Positions 9,312 to 18,486 of a stretch of 64,000 bases of DNA are shown one piece after another. This DNA is from Pseudomonadota bacterium (GTDB lineage Bacteria; Pseudomonadota; Alphaproteobacteria; Sphingomonadales; Sphingomonadaceae), in the NCBI GenBank assembly GCA_040389765.1, contig JAZJZO010000001.1, forward strand, positions 104,669-168,668, in the 5' to 3' direction. The stretch's first letter is position 1; each line of letters begins with the position of its first letter. The translations under genes were made by a program, and so were the position numbers. The notes under the pieces were generated by a model that was not told the origin of the DNA, did no database searches, and saw only the letters and a program-made list of their open reading frames with translations.

Positions 9312-10911
9312 CGCCAAGGCCCCCGAAGCGTCGACCGCGACCGCCCTGCCCTGGTGGCGCGGAGCCGCGATCTACCAGATCTATCCGCGCAGCTTCGCCG
9401 ACAGCAACGGCGACGGTGTCGGTGACCTTCCCGGCATCGTGCAAAGGCTCAGCCATGTCGCGAGCCTCGGGGTCGATGCGATCTGGCTTTCGCCCTTCTT
9501 CACATCACCGATGAAGGACTTCGGCTACGACGTTGCCGACTATTGCGGAGTCGATCCGCTGTTCGGCACGCTCAGCGACTTCGACACGCTCATCGATCAG
9601 GCCCACCAGCTCGATCTCAAGCTCATCATCGACCAGGTCTATTCGCACAGTTCCGACGAGCACCCATGGTTCAAGGAGAGCCGCACCAGCCGCGATAACG
9701 CCCGCGCCGACTGGTACGTCTGGGCGGACGCCAAGTCGGACGGCTCGCCGCCGAACAACTGGCAGTCGGTGTTCGGAGGGCCGGCGTGGACCTGGGACGC
9801 GCGCCGCGGCCAATATTATCTGCACAACTTCCTGCCCGCGCAGCCCGACCTCAATCTCCACAATCCGGCGGTGCAGGATGCATTGCTCGACGTCGCCCGC
9901 TTCTGGTTCGAACGCGGAGTGGACGGCTTCCGCATCGATGCCATCAACTTCGCGATGCACGACCCGGCGCTGACCGATAATCCGCCAGCCCAGCCGGGAG
10001 GCAAGCGCACCCGGCCCTTCGATTTCCAGCAGCATCTCCACAACCAGTCGCATCCCGACATCGTGAAGTTCCTGGAGCGGCTGCGCGGCGTTGCCGACAG
10101 CTTCGGCGGCGACCGCTTCATGCTGGCCGAAGTCGGCGGCGACAAGCCGCTGGAGGAGATGCGGGCGTTTACGCAAGGCAATGCGCGCCTCAACAGCGCC
10201 TATGGCTTCGATTTCCTCTACGCGCCGAAGCTGACGCCGAAGCTGGTGACGCGCGTCGCCGAGGACTGGCCGGAGGATTCCGGCTGGCCGAGCTGGGCCT
10301 TCGAGAATCATGACGCGCCGCGGGCGCTGTCGCGCTGGGTTGTGCCTGAGCACCGCGACGCCTTCGCCCGCACCAAGACGCTGTTGCTGGCGGCCCTGCG
10401 CGGCTCGATCATCCTCTATCAGGGCGAGGAACTTGGCCTGCCCCAGGTCGACGTGCCGTTCGACCGGCTGCAGGATCCGGAGGCGATCGCCAACTGGCCG
10501 CTGACGCTGAGCCGCGACGGCGCCAGGACGCCGATGCCGTGGCAGGCCGACGCGCCCAATTTCGGCTTCTCGGCCGGCGAGCCCTGGCTTCCGCCCGGCG
10601 AAAGCCACCGCGAGCTCGCTGTCGATCGCGAAGAGGCTGAGCCTGGTTCGCTGCTTCACTTCACCCGCGCGTGCCTGCGGCTGCGGCGGGTGCGCCCAGC
10701 GCTCCGCCACGGATCGATGGAACTGGTCGAGGCCGGCGAGCAGAAACTCGTGTTCGACCGCACCGCGCCGAACGAGAAGCTCCGCTGCACCTTCAATCTG
10801 TCGGACCGGCCGGTGCCGTTTCGCCCATCGGGCCTGCGGCTGATCGGCGCGGGAGAGGTCGACGAGCATGAGCTCGGCGCTTACGCTGCGGTCATCGAGG
10901 AGATCGCATGA
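9301..10911 (+). CDS. GH13 alpha-glucosidase / oligo-1,6-glucosidase-like
   Basis: WWRGAAIYQIYPRSFADSNGDGVGDLPGI, DQVYSHSS, GFRIDAINF, AEVGG and FENHD match the cytoplasmic alpha-glucosidase pattern. The start is either 9301 or 9289. It overlaps the upstream stop. Confidence 0.85.
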   Translation: MLADAKAPEASTATALPWWRGAAIYQIYPRSFADSNGDGVGDLPGIVQRLSHVASLGVDAIWLSPFFTSPMKDFGYDVADYCGVDPLFGTLSDFDTLIDQAHQLDLKLIIDQVYSHSSDEHPWFKESRTSRDNARADWYVWADAKSDGSPPNNWQSVFGGPAWTWDARRGQYYLHNFLPAQPDLNLHNPAVQDALLDVARFWFERGVDGFRIDAINFAMHDPALTDNPPAQPGGKRTRPFDFQQHLHNQSHPDIVKFLERLRGVADSFGGDRFMLAEVGGDKPLEEMRAFTQGNARLNSAYGFDFLYAPKLTPKLVTRVAEDWPEDSGWPSWAFENHDAPRALSRWVVPEHRDAFARTKTLLLAALRGSIILYQGEELGLPQVDVPFDRLQDPEAIANWPLTLSRDGARTPMPWQADAPNFGFSAGEPWLPPGESHRELAVDREEAEPGSLLHFTRACLRLRRVRPALRHGSMELVEAGEQKLVFDRTAPNEKLRCTFNLSDRPVPFRPSGLRLIGAGEVDEHELGAYAAVIEEIA

Positions 10912-12989
10912 CCCTGGTTCGACTATGCGCCGCAGTCCTGTTCGCGTTGATTGCCGTTCCCGCAGCCGCCCAGGGCGTTGCCCAGGCCGCCCCGCAGTCG
11001 CAGGTGGTGGCAAGCGCCTCCTCGCCTTCCGGCACGCTGAAGGTCGAGGTCACGCTCAATCCCGAGGGGCGCGTCGGTTACCAGATCAGGCGCGGCGGCA
11101 CCCTGGTCATTGCCGACAGCCGTCTTGGTTTCCTCTTCACCGATGCGCCGCAGATGCTGCGCAATTTCAAGCTCGCGGCTCAGTCGGCGCGAAGCTTCGA
11201 CGAGACGTGGCAGGAGCCGTGGGGCGAATATCGCAATATCCGCAACCATTATAACGAGCTGACGGTCAGCTTCGACGAGACCAAGTGGATGCGCCGGCGG
11301 ATGACGGTCGTCTTCCGCCTGTTCGATGATGCCGTCGGCTTTCGCTACGAGCTTCCCGCAGGCCCCGGATTCACCCACGCCAACATCGCCGACGAGCTGA
11401 CCGAGTTCAACGTCGCCGAAAAGGGCACGGCCTGGTGGGACGAAGCGCTCGAGTGGAACCGCGAGGAATATCTCTATCGCACCACGCCGATCGCCGAGAT
11501 TGGCACCGCGCAGACCCCGCTCACCATTCGCACCGACAGCGGGCTCCACCTCTCGATCCACGAAGCGGCCCTGGTCGATTATTCGGGCATGGACCTGCGC
11601 CGGGTCCATGACGGCCTGCTGAAGGCGACCCTGATGCCGAGCTCGACCGGGCCGAAGGTCAGCCGCGACCTGCCGCTGGCGACCCCGTGGCGGGTGATCA
11701 TGATCGCTCCCGACGCGCCCGGGCTGTACAAGTCGGCGCAGGCGATCCTGAACCTCAACGAGCCCAACAAGCTTGGCGACGTCAGCTGGGTCAAGCCGAT
11801 GAAATATGCCGGCATCTGGTGGGCGATGCACCTTGACCAGGCGACGTGGAACAGCGGGCCGAAGCATGGCGCCACCACCGCCAACGCCAAGAAGATGATC
11901 GATTTCGCCGCGGCCAATGGCCTCAAGGGCGTGCTCGTCGAAGGCTGGAACAAGGGCTGGGACGACGTCGGCGACAATGGCTGGTTCGCCTGGGGCTGGG
12001 ACTTCAGCTTCACCCAGGCCTATCCCGACTTCGATATCGCCGAGGTCGCCCGCTACGCCAGGTCTAAGGGCGTGACCCTGATCGGTCACCACGAGACCGC
12101 CGGCAACATCGCCAATTACGAAAAGCAGCTCGGCCCCGCGCTCGACCTTTACGAGAAGCTCGGCGTGCAGACCGTCAAGACCGGCTATGTCGCCGACGCC
12201 GGCGGCATCCAGGCGCTCGGCCCCGACGGCAAGGTCCGTTTCGAATGGCACCAGGGCCAGGTCATGGTGAACCACCATCTGAAGGTCGTGACCGAGGCCG
12301 CCAAGCGCCGCATCGCGGTCAATCCGCACGAACCGGTCAAGGACACCGGGCTTCGCCGCACCTATCCCAACTGGATATCGCGAGAGGGCGAGCGGGGCAT
12401 GGAATATAATGCCTGGGGCGAGCCCAAGAACCCGCCTGAGCATGAAGCCAATTTGATCTTCACCCGCATGTTGTCGGGCCCGATGGATTTCACCCCCGGC
12501 ATCCTCAGCCTTGAGGGCAAGGGCAAGACACAGCTTCTGTCGACGCTTGCCAAGCAGCTCGCGCTCTACGTCGTCCTCTATTCGCCGATCCAGATGGTCC
12601 CGGACCTTCCGGCCAATTACAAAGCCAACGCCAGGGCGTTCCAGTTCATCAAGGACGTTGCCGTCGACTGGGATGACACGCGGATGCTTGCCGGCGCGAT
12701 CGGCGATTACGCAGTCATCGCGCGCAAGGAAAAAGGCGCGACGACCTGGTTCCTCGGCGCCGTGGGCGACGAGCAGGAGCGTTGGATCGACGTGCCGCTC
12801 GATTTCCTCGAGCCCGGCAAGATATATCGCGCCGAGATCTATCGTGATGGAGACAAAGCCGATTACCGCACCAATCCGCGCGAGCTGGTGACGCTGAATC
12901 AAATGTCGGTCAGTACTGACCGTCTGAAGCTACGCCTTGCCCCGGGTGGCGGGGCGGCGGTGCGCTTCGTCCAAACGCTTCGCGATTGA
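10908..12989 (+). CDS. GH97 alpha-glucosidase-like glycoside hydrolase (SusB-like)
   Basis: Signal peptide (AVLFALIAVPAAAQG). GH97-type motifs are present (VEGWNKGWD, IGHHETAG, REGERGMEYNAWG). The start overlaps the upstream stop as ATGA. Confidence 0.85.
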   Translation: MTLVRLCAAVLFALIAVPAAAQGVAQAAPQSQVVASASSPSGTLKVEVTLNPEGRVGYQIRRGGTLVIADSRLGFLFTDAPQMLRNFKLAAQSARSFDETWQEPWGEYRNIRNHYNELTVSFDETKWMRRRMTVVFRLFDDAVGFRYELPAGPGFTHANIADELTEFNVAEKGTAWWDEALEWNREEYLYRTTPIAEIGTAQTPLTIRTDSGLHLSIHEAALVDYSGMDLRRVHDGLLKATLMPSSTGPKVSRDLPLATPWRVIMIAPDAPGLYKSAQAILNLNEPNKLGDVSWVKPMKYAGIWWAMHLDQATWNSGPKHGATTANAKKMIDFAAANGLKGVLVEGWNKGWDDVGDNGWFAWGWDFSFTQAYPDFDIAEVARYARSKGVTLIGHHETAGNIANYEKQLGPALDLYEKLGVQTVKTGYVADAGGIQALGPDGKVRFEWHQGQVMVNHHLKVVTEAAKRRIAVNPHEPVKDTGLRRTYPNWISREGERGMEYNAWGEPKNPPEHEANLIFTRMLSGPMDFTPGILSLEGKGKTQLLSTLAKQLALYVVLYSPIQMVPDLPANYKANARAFQFIKDVAVDWDDTRMLAGAIGDYAVIARKEKGATTWFLGAVGDEQERWIDVPLDFLEPGKIYRAEIYRDGDKADYRTNPRELVTLNQMSVSTDRLKLRLAPGGGAAVRFVQTLRD

Positions 12990-13936
12990 TGCTGCGCCGT
13001 CTGCTGTTCGTCCTCCTCTCGCTGGTCGCCTCGCCGGCGGCGGCGGGGGACGGAACGGGCCCCGTCCAGGTCTCGGCGGGCCGCATCGTCGACCTCGGCA
13101 CCATCAAGTCGCGTTATGCCGAACCGCGCCGCGTGGTCGTCTGGCTGCCTTCAAGCTATCGACCGGGCGGTCCCAAACATGCCGTGCTCTACATGCACGA
13201 CGGCCAGAACCTCTTCGACAAGGCGACTGCCGGCTACGGCAAGGAATGGGAGATCGACGAGCATCTCGACCGCCTGATCCGGCAGAAGAAAGTGCGCCCG
13301 ACCATCGTCGTCGGCATCTGGAACACGCCCAAGCGGCTGCAGGAATATGTGCCTTCCAAGGCGTTCGCGAGCCTGCCTGGCGCGTATCGCGACAAGGTGC
13401 GGGCGCTCTATGGCGGCGACCCGCTGTCCGACGGATATTTGAAGTTCCTCGTCCGGGAGCTTCGGCCGATCATCGACCGGCGATTCAACGTGAGGACCGA
13501 CCGCGCGAACACGGTCATCATGGGCTCGTCGATGGGCTCGCTCATATCGCTCTACGCGATCGACGAATATCCAAGCGTGTTCGGCGGCGCCGGGATGATG
13601 TCGACCCACTGGCCGCTGGTCATCAACCCCGACGGCAAGTCGGTCAGCCAGCAAGATTATGAAATCGTCTCGGCCACGTTCGAGCGGTACCTTAGGCCGG
13701 CGCTGCCCTCGCCCGCGACGCACCGGCTCTATTTCGACCACGGCACCGAGACGCTCGACGCCGTCTACAAACAGTATCAGGACCGGGTCGACGCGATCGT
13801 CGCCAGGCGCGGCTATCGCCGGAACGTCAACTGGTGGGTCAAAAGCTTCCCAGGCCAGAAGCATGACGAGGTGAGCTGGGCCTCGCGCGTCGACATCCCG
13901 CTGCAATTCCTGCTTCCCCCGGAACAGTTGCGATAA
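12989..13936 (+). CDS. Secreted alpha/beta-hydrolase, 'putative esterase' family
   Basis: Signal peptide (MLRRLLFVLLSLVASPAAAG). Esterase-family features are present (VVWLPSSY, VLYMHDGQNLFD, nucleophile elbow GSSMGS). Its ATG shares one nucleotide with the GH97 stop codon. Confidence 0.7.
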   Translation: MLRRLLFVLLSLVASPAAAGDGTGPVQVSAGRIVDLGTIKSRYAEPRRVVVWLPSSYRPGGPKHAVLYMHDGQNLFDKATAGYGKEWEIDEHLDRLIRQKKVRPTIVVGIWNTPKRLQEYVPSKAFASLPGAYRDKVRALYGGDPLSDGYLKFLVRELRPIIDRRFNVRTDRANTVIMGSSMGSLISLYAIDEYPSVFGGAGMMSTHWPLVINPDGKSVSQQDYEIVSATFERYLRPALPSPATHRLYFDHGTETLDAVYKQYQDRVDAIVARRGYRRNVNWWVKSFPGQKHDEVSWASRVDIPLQFLLPPEQLR

Positions 13937-14100
13937 GCGACGGCCTTCGTCGGCGGCTCACGCCCGTTCGTCGAAGGCGGCGTGGGTCTTCACCAAAGTT
14001 AACCTAGCGGCTCGCTTCCCTCCCTTGGCCGATCCGCTACATGCGCATCGTCCGACTCAGCGACATGGGGAACATGCCCGAACCGACCAGGACCAGGCGA

Positions 14101-15294
14101 ATGGTGAAGACTGCGGCCATAGTGCTGGCAGCGCTCGCCCTCTCGTCCTGCGGCGACAGCTCCGGCGAGTCCGGCGGCGCTGGCGGCCGTGGCGGACGCG
14201 GGCCGATGGGCCCAACGCAGGTCGGCTATGTCGTCGTCCAGCAGGGCAGCGCCCCCATCGAGCAGCAGCTTCCGGGCCGGGTCGCCGCCTATCAGGTTTC
14301 CGAAGTCCGGCCCCAGGTCACGGGCGTCATCCAGCGGCGGATGTTCCAGGAGGGCTCCTTTGTCCGCCAGGGCCAGACGCTCTACCAGATCGACCCCAGC
14401 ATCTATCAGGCGCAAGCGGCGCAGGCGCAGGCCAATCTGCAAAGCGCTCGCGCAAGCTCGGTCGCGGCGCGGACCCGCGCCAGCCGCTACAAGCCGCTCG
14501 CCGAGATGGAGGCGATCGCCAAGCAGGACTATACCGACGCGATCGCGCTGGCCCGCCAAGCTGACGCCTCAGTGGCGCAGAACAGCGCGGCGGTCCGCGC
14601 CGCCCAGGTCAACCTTCGCTTCACCCGAGTGCCCGCGCCGATCAGCGGCCGCATCGGGCTGTCGAACTTCACCGAAGGCGCGCTGGTCACCGCCAACCAG
14701 CCCGACGCGCTGGCGACGATCACCCGGCTCGATCCGGTCTATGTCGACATCCAGGAATCGGCGGCCGATCTGCTCGCCTTGCGCCAGGCGCTGTCGCGCG
14801 GCGGCGTGGTGCCGACCACCGCCGCAGTCCGCCTGAAGCTCCCCGACGGCAGTTATTATGGCTTCAGCGGAACGGTCGAATTCAGCCAGGTGCTGGTCAA
14901 CCAGGCGACGGGGACGGTGACGATCCGCGCCCGCTTCCCGAACCCACAGTCGATCCTTCTGCCCGGCATGTTCGTCAACGCCGAGTTCGCCCAGGCGATC
15001 GACACCGCCGCCTTCCTCGTCCCGCAGGCGGCGATCAGCCGGAACCGCACCGGTAGTGCCACCTTGTTCGTGGTCGGCGCCGGCAACCGGGCGGTGCAGC
15101 GGACCGTCGTCGCCGACCGTACGCAGGGCACCTACTGGGTCGTGACCCAGGGCCTCGCGCCGGGCGAAAAGGTCATCACCCAGGGGCTCAACAATCTGAA
15201 GGACGGCGCCCAGATCAAGCCGGTCCCGGCGAGCTCGCCGCAGCGCGTGAAGGCGCCGCCCCCCGGTGCAATGAAGAAACAGGCGTCTCGCTAG
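14101..15294 (+). CDS. RND efflux periplasmic adaptor (MFP; AcrA/MexA-like lipoprotein)
   Basis: Lipobox LALSSC follows the internal ATG at 14101. It has a coiled-coil hairpin region and MFP motifs (RFTRVPAPISGRIG, PGMFV). It lies directly upstream of the RND pump gene. The start could instead be 14041. Confidence 0.85.
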   Translation: MVKTAAIVLAALALSSCGDSSGESGGAGGRGGRGPMGPTQVGYVVVQQGSAPIEQQLPGRVAAYQVSEVRPQVTGVIQRRMFQEGSFVRQGQTLYQIDPSIYQAQAAQAQANLQSARASSVAARTRASRYKPLAEMEAIAKQDYTDAIALARQADASVAQNSAAVRAAQVNLRFTRVPAPISGRIGLSNFTEGALVTANQPDALATITRLDPVYVDIQESAADLLALRQALSRGGVVPTTAAVRLKLPDGSYYGFSGTVEFSQVLVNQATGTVTIRARFPNPQSILLPGMFVNAEFAQAIDTAAFLVPQAAISRNRTGSATLFVVGAGNRAVQRTVVADRTQGTYWVVTQGLAPGEKVITQGLNNLKDGAQIKPVPASSPQRVKAPPPGAMKKQASR

Positions 15295-15297
15295 CGC

Positions 15298-18200
15298 ATG
15301 TCCAGGCTCTTCATCGAGCGCCCGATCTTTGCCTGGGTGATTGCCATCATCATCATGCTGATGGGGATCGGCGCGATCACGGCTTTGCCGGTCGCCCAAT
15401 ATCCCGACGTTGCGCCGACCCAGATCAACGTTCGCGCCAACTATCCCGGCGCATCGGCAGCGACGCTCGAAAGCAGCGTCACGCAAGTGCTCGAGCGACA
15501 GCTGACCGGCATCGACGGCTTGCTCTATTTCTCCTCCTCGTCGAGCTCCCGCGGGTCGGTCGGCATCCAGGCCGTGTTCGACAAGGGCGTCGACCCGGAC
15601 ATTGCCCAGGTCCAGGTCCAGAATAAGGTCCAGCAGGCGATCGCGCGCCTTCCGCAGCAGGTTCAGCAGCAGGGCGTGACGGTCACCAAGAGCTCGCCCG
15701 ACCTGCTTCTGATCGTCGGCATTTACGACCAGACCGACAAGAGCACGAACTACGACGTCAGCGACTGGCTGACCAACAACATCCAGGACGAGCTGTCGCG
15801 GGTGCCGGGCGTCGGCGACGTCAACGTGTTCGGCTCCTCCTATGCGATGCGCATCTGGCTCGACCCCAACAAGCTCCAGGCGCTGCAGCTTATGCCGAGC
15901 GACGTGATCAGCGCCATCCAGAGCCAGAATACCGAGATCGCCGCCGGCGAAATCGGCGGCATGCCGCAGCCCGAGGGGCAGATGCTGAACGCCACGGTCA
16001 CCGCCCAGTCGAAGCTGCAGACCGCGGACGAGTTCAGGAACATTATCGTCAAAGCCGACCAGACCGGCGCGCGGGTGCTGCTCGGCGACGTTGCCCGGGT
16101 CGAGCTCGGCGCGGACAATTATTCGGCGAAGATCCGCTCCAACGGCCACCCCGGCGCGGGCATCGGCATTTCGCTCGAGCCAGGTGCCAACGCGCTTCGG
16201 ACCGCGAACCTCGTCAAGGCCAAGGTCGCCGAGCTCGCACCGACCATGCCGGCAGGCTACGCTTACGCCTACGCCAACGACACCAGCGATTTCATCAAGC
16301 TGTCGATCACCGAAGTGGTCAAGACTTTGGCCGAGGCGATCCTGCTCGTCGTCCTCGTCATGTTCGTCTTCCTGCAAAGCTGGCGGGCGACACTCATCCC
16401 CTTCATCGCCGTGCCCGTGGTGCTGCTCGGCACCTTCGCGATCCTCTACGCGCTCGGCTTTTCGATCAACACCATGACCCTGTTCGGGCTGGTGCTGGCG
16501 ACCGGCCTGCTGGTCGACGACGCCATCGTCGTGGTCGAGAATGTCGAACGGCTGATGCACGAAAATCCCGAGATGAGCCCGCACGACGCGACCGTCGCCT
16601 CGATGAACCAGATCCAGATGGCGCTGGTCGCAATCGCGCTCGTCCTTTCCGCCGTGTTCCTGCCGATGGTCTTCTTCGGCGGATCGACCGGAGTCATCTA
16701 CCGCCAGTTCGCAGCCACGATCGTCTCGGCGATGGCGCTGTCGGTATTCATCGCGCTGACGTTGAGCCCGGCGATTGCCGCCAACCTCCTCAAGCGAACC
16801 CACGCCACGGTCGAGGAAACCTGGTTCGGCAGGCGCTTCCCGGCCGCCGCGCATCAGGTCGAGCGCGCGCGCCTCGGCTTCAACGACCGCTTCGAGCGGC
16901 TGGTCGAATGGTTCGTCACCGCGGTCCACAAGGTCGTCGACCGCAAATGGCTGTTCCTCGGCATATACGGGGCGGTCCTCGCGCTCCTGATCGTCCTGTT
17001 CGTGCGGCTACCGACCGGCTTTCTGCCGAGCGAGGACCAGGGCGCTGCCATGGTCCAGTTCCGCCTGCCCGCCGGCGCAACCATGACCCGGACGGTCGAG
17101 GTCCAGCGCGCGGTCGAGGATTATTTCCTGAAAGGCCCGGAAAAGAAGAACGTCCGCACTTATTTCACCGTCGCCGGCGGCGGCCAGGGCGCGGCCGGGC
17201 AGAACAGCGGCCAGGCGTTCATCAACCTCGCCGATTACGGCAAGCGGAGCGGCTCCGAGAATAGCGCCGACGCGATCACGCAGCGCGCATCGGGCGCCTT
17301 CCGCGGCCTTCGCGACGCCCAGGTGTTCGCCCTCGTCCCCGGCGCGATCCGCGGGCTCGGCCAGTCGACCGGTTTCACCATGCAAATCCAGAACACGGGC
17401 GGCATGTCGGTCGAGGGTTTCGCCGCGGCGCGCGACAAGCTGCTCGCGGCGGCGTCCGCCGATCCCAAGCTGGCCTCGGTTCGCCAGAGCGAGCTGCCCG
17501 ACGTCGCCAGCCTGAAGGTCAATATCGACGAGCCGCGCGTCGCTGCGCTCGGGCTCAACGCGGCCGACGTCAACAATACGCTCTCAACGGCCTGGGGTGG
17601 CCGCTACGTCAACGACTTCATCGATCGCGGGCGAGTGAAGCGCGTCTTTGTTCAGGGCGATGCGCCCTATCGGTCCAAACCGGGCGACATCGGGCAATGG
17701 TTCGTGCGCAACAACCAGGGCGACATGGTGCCCTTCTCATCCTTTGCCCAGACGCAATGGATCACGACCCCGACCAGCGCGTCGCGGTTCCTCGGCTATC
17801 CGTCCTACGAACTGCAGGGCCAGGGCGCGCCGGGTGTCAGCTCGGGCGAGGCGATGGACATCATGAGCAAGCACGCCGCCGATATCCCCGGGATCGGCGT
17901 CGCCTGGTCGGGCCAGTCGTATCAGGAGCGGCTCTCGTCGGGACAGGCGCCGATCCTCTACAGCGTCGCGCTGATCGTCGTCTTCCTGTGCCTTGCCGCC
18001 CTTTACGAAAGCTGGTCGATCCCAGTCGCGGTCCTGCTGGTCATCCCCTTGGGCCTGATCGGCGCGATCTTCTTCGTCACGCTGCGCGGGCTTCAAAACG
18101 ACGTCTACCTCCAGGTCGGGCTGATCACGACGATGGGGCTGAGCGCCAAGAATGCGATCCTGATGGTCGAGTTCGCCGAACGCGCGGAGCGCCAGGGCAA

Positions 18201-18486
18201 GCGAGTCATCGATGCCGCGATCGAAGCCGCGCGAATCCGGCTTCGCCCGATCCTGATGACCAGCTTCGCCTTCATCTTCGGCGTCATGCCGCTCGCGCTG
18301 TCGACCGGCGCCGGCGCCAACAGCCGCATCGCCATCGGCACCGCGGTCGTCGGCGGGATGATCACCGCAACCTTGCTCGCCGTCTTCTACATTCCCTTCT
18401 TTTTCGTCCTCGTGCGGCGCGGCGTCCGCGACGGGATCAAGGTCCTTCGCGAGCGGCTGCGCAAGCGGCGGGAGGCCGAAGCATGA
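15298..18486 (+). CDS. RND multidrug efflux transporter (HAE1, AcrB/MexB-like)
   Basis: 1062 aa. The N-terminus is canonical (MSRLFIERPIFAWVIAIIIML) and the 12-TM architecture carries conserved LLVDDAIVVVEN and AKNAILMVEFA motifs. Confidence 0.95.
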   Translation: MSRLFIERPIFAWVIAIIIMLMGIGAITALPVAQYPDVAPTQINVRANYPGASAATLESSVTQVLERQLTGIDGLLYFSSSSSSRGSVGIQAVFDKGVDPDIAQVQVQNKVQQAIARLPQQVQQQGVTVTKSSPDLLLIVGIYDQTDKSTNYDVSDWLTNNIQDELSRVPGVGDVNVFGSSYAMRIWLDPNKLQALQLMPSDVISAIQSQNTEIAAGEIGGMPQPEGQMLNATVTAQSKLQTADEFRNIIVKADQTGARVLLGDVARVELGADNYSAKIRSNGHPGAGIGISLEPGANALRTANLVKAKVAELAPTMPAGYAYAYANDTSDFIKLSITEVVKTLAEAILLVVLVMFVFLQSWRATLIPFIAVPVVLLGTFAILYALGFSINTMTLFGLVLATGLLVDDAIVVVENVERLMHENPEMSPHDATVASMNQIQMALVAIALVLSAVFLPMVFFGGSTGVIYRQFAATIVSAMALSVFIALTLSPAIAANLLKRTHATVEETWFGRRFPAAAHQVERARLGFNDRFERLVEWFVTAVHKVVDRKWLFLGIYGAVLALLIVLFVRLPTGFLPSEDQGAAMVQFRLPAGATMTRTVEVQRAVEDYFLKGPEKKNVRTYFTVAGGGQGAAGQNSGQAFINLADYGKRSGSENSADAITQRASGAFRGLRDAQVFALVPGAIRGLGQSTGFTMQIQNTGGMSVEGFAAARDKLLAAASADPKLASVRQSELPDVASLKVNIDEPRVAALGLNAADVNNTLSTAWGGRYVNDFIDRGRVKRVFVQGDAPYRSKPGDIGQWFVRNNQGDMVPFSSFAQTQWITTPTSASRFLGYPSYELQGQGAPGVSSGEAMDIMSKHAADIPGIGVAWSGQSYQERLSSGQAPILYSVALIVVFLCLAALYESWSIPVAVLLVIPLGLIGAIFFVTLRGLQNDVYLQVGLITTMGLSAKNAILMVEFAERAERQGKRVIDAAIEAARIRLRPILMTSFAFIFGVMPLALSTGAGANSRIAIGTAVVGGMITATLLAVFYIPFFFVLVRRGVRDGIKVLRERLRKRREAEA

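Noticed and set aside
7808-9514. 568-aa alternative-frame ORF across the two GH13 genes
   Set aside because: The product is Arg-rich and has no motifs. The GH13 conserved regions are all in the other frames.
10923-12902. 659-aa ORF antisense to the GH97 gene
   Set aside because: It is fully embedded opposite a well-supported GH97 CDS. The translation is Arg/Ala/Gly/Asp-rich low-complexity sequence, which is typical of off-frame ORFs in high-GC DNA. No recognisable motifs.
14569-16929. 786-aa ORF antisense to the MFP and RND pump genes
   Set aside because: It lies opposite two strongly supported efflux genes. It has an extreme Arg/Asp/Gly/His composition and no motifs, so it is a high-GC antisense artefact.
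17697-18482. N-terminal 262 codons of the 748-aa ORF that contains the outer-membrane factor
   Set aside because: This part overlaps the RND pump gene out of frame. The in-frame ATG at 18483 gives a proper lipoprotein signal (LLALLASGCA) and overlaps the pump stop, so the extension is spurious.
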